DNA of 5,815 nucleotides from a virus (Duplodnaviria; Heunggongvirae; Uroviricota; Caudoviricetes): IMG/VR virus record IMGVR_UViG_2740892211_000008; one strand, 5' to 3'. Shown piece by piece: positions 5,643 to 5,815 of this stretch (position 1 is its first letter; each line of letters starts with the position of its first letter). The notes under the pieces were generated by a model. It saw only the letters and a program-made list of their open reading frames with translations, ran no database searches and was not told where the DNA came from. The position numbers and the translations under genes were made by a program.

Positions 5643-5815
5643 ATGAGGAACATAATGGCAGGTTTTTTAATATTCCTGTCTTCTGCTGCTTATGCTGATA
5701 TCAATCTGTATGGTCCTGGTGGCCCGCATACAGCCGGTAATGACTCCAACTTATTGATAGTGTTTTATGTTCAGATAATGCCCGATGACTTTGTCATGCA
5801 GCTCCACCGATTTTG
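5643..5815 (+). CDS. N-terminal part of a secreted protein of unknown family; continues past the right edge through the inverted repeat
   Basis: AAGGAG RBS 6 nt upstream of ATG 5643. Translation MRNIMAGFLIFLSSAAYA|DINLYGPGGPHTA has a classic Sec signal peptide (basic n-region, hydrophobic core, AYA cleavage motif). The repeat-encoded GNDSNLLIVFYVQIMPDDFVMQLHRF follows, and the frame is still open at 5815. Confidence 0.6.
   Translation, partial: MRNIMAGFLIFLSSAAYADINLYGPGGPHTAGNDSNLLIVFYVQIMPDDFVMQLHRF
5735..5815. repeat. Right copy of the perfect 81-bp inverted repeat at the window terminus
   Basis: Exact reverse complement of positions 1-81. Lies inside the outward-reading ORF that starts at 5643. 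Confidence 0.95.

Noticed and set aside
1-5815. The window as an insertion sequence or composite transposon with terminal inverted repeats
   Set aside because: No transposase-like ORF anywhere. The content is a phage immunity and replication module, and the repeat lies inside apparent coding sequence. A non-autonomous element cannot be fully excluded without flanking sequence.
1-5815. CRISPR array, tRNA, rRNA or the DicF sRNA
   Set aside because: No regularly spaced direct repeats with spacers, no cloverleaf-compatible segment, and no DicF-like sequence; there are only 22 bp between the YdfC-like gene and the 106-aa gene.

Overview
The window is a lambdoid prophage immunity and replication module of the Qin/dicA type, apparently from an Enterobacteriaceae (E. 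coli-like) genome, bounded at its exact ends by a perfect 81-bp inverted repeat. A leftward operon carries a DicA-like repressor (1292-1699), then YdfA-, YdfB- and YdfC-like small proteins, then an AT-rich 106-aa gene where Qin would have dicF/dicB. A rightward operon carries a Cro/DicC-like protein, a YdaT-like protein, a lambda O-like initiator with internal iteron-like repeats, a lambda P-like protein and a tandem winged-helix protein. AT-rich arms sit just inside both repeat copies, and an open reading frame runs outward through each copy; the right one starts with a strong RBS and a signal peptide. No recombinase, transposase, tRNA, rRNA or CRISPR array is visible. All family assignments are from reading the translations and from remembered gene order and lengths; no database search was run.
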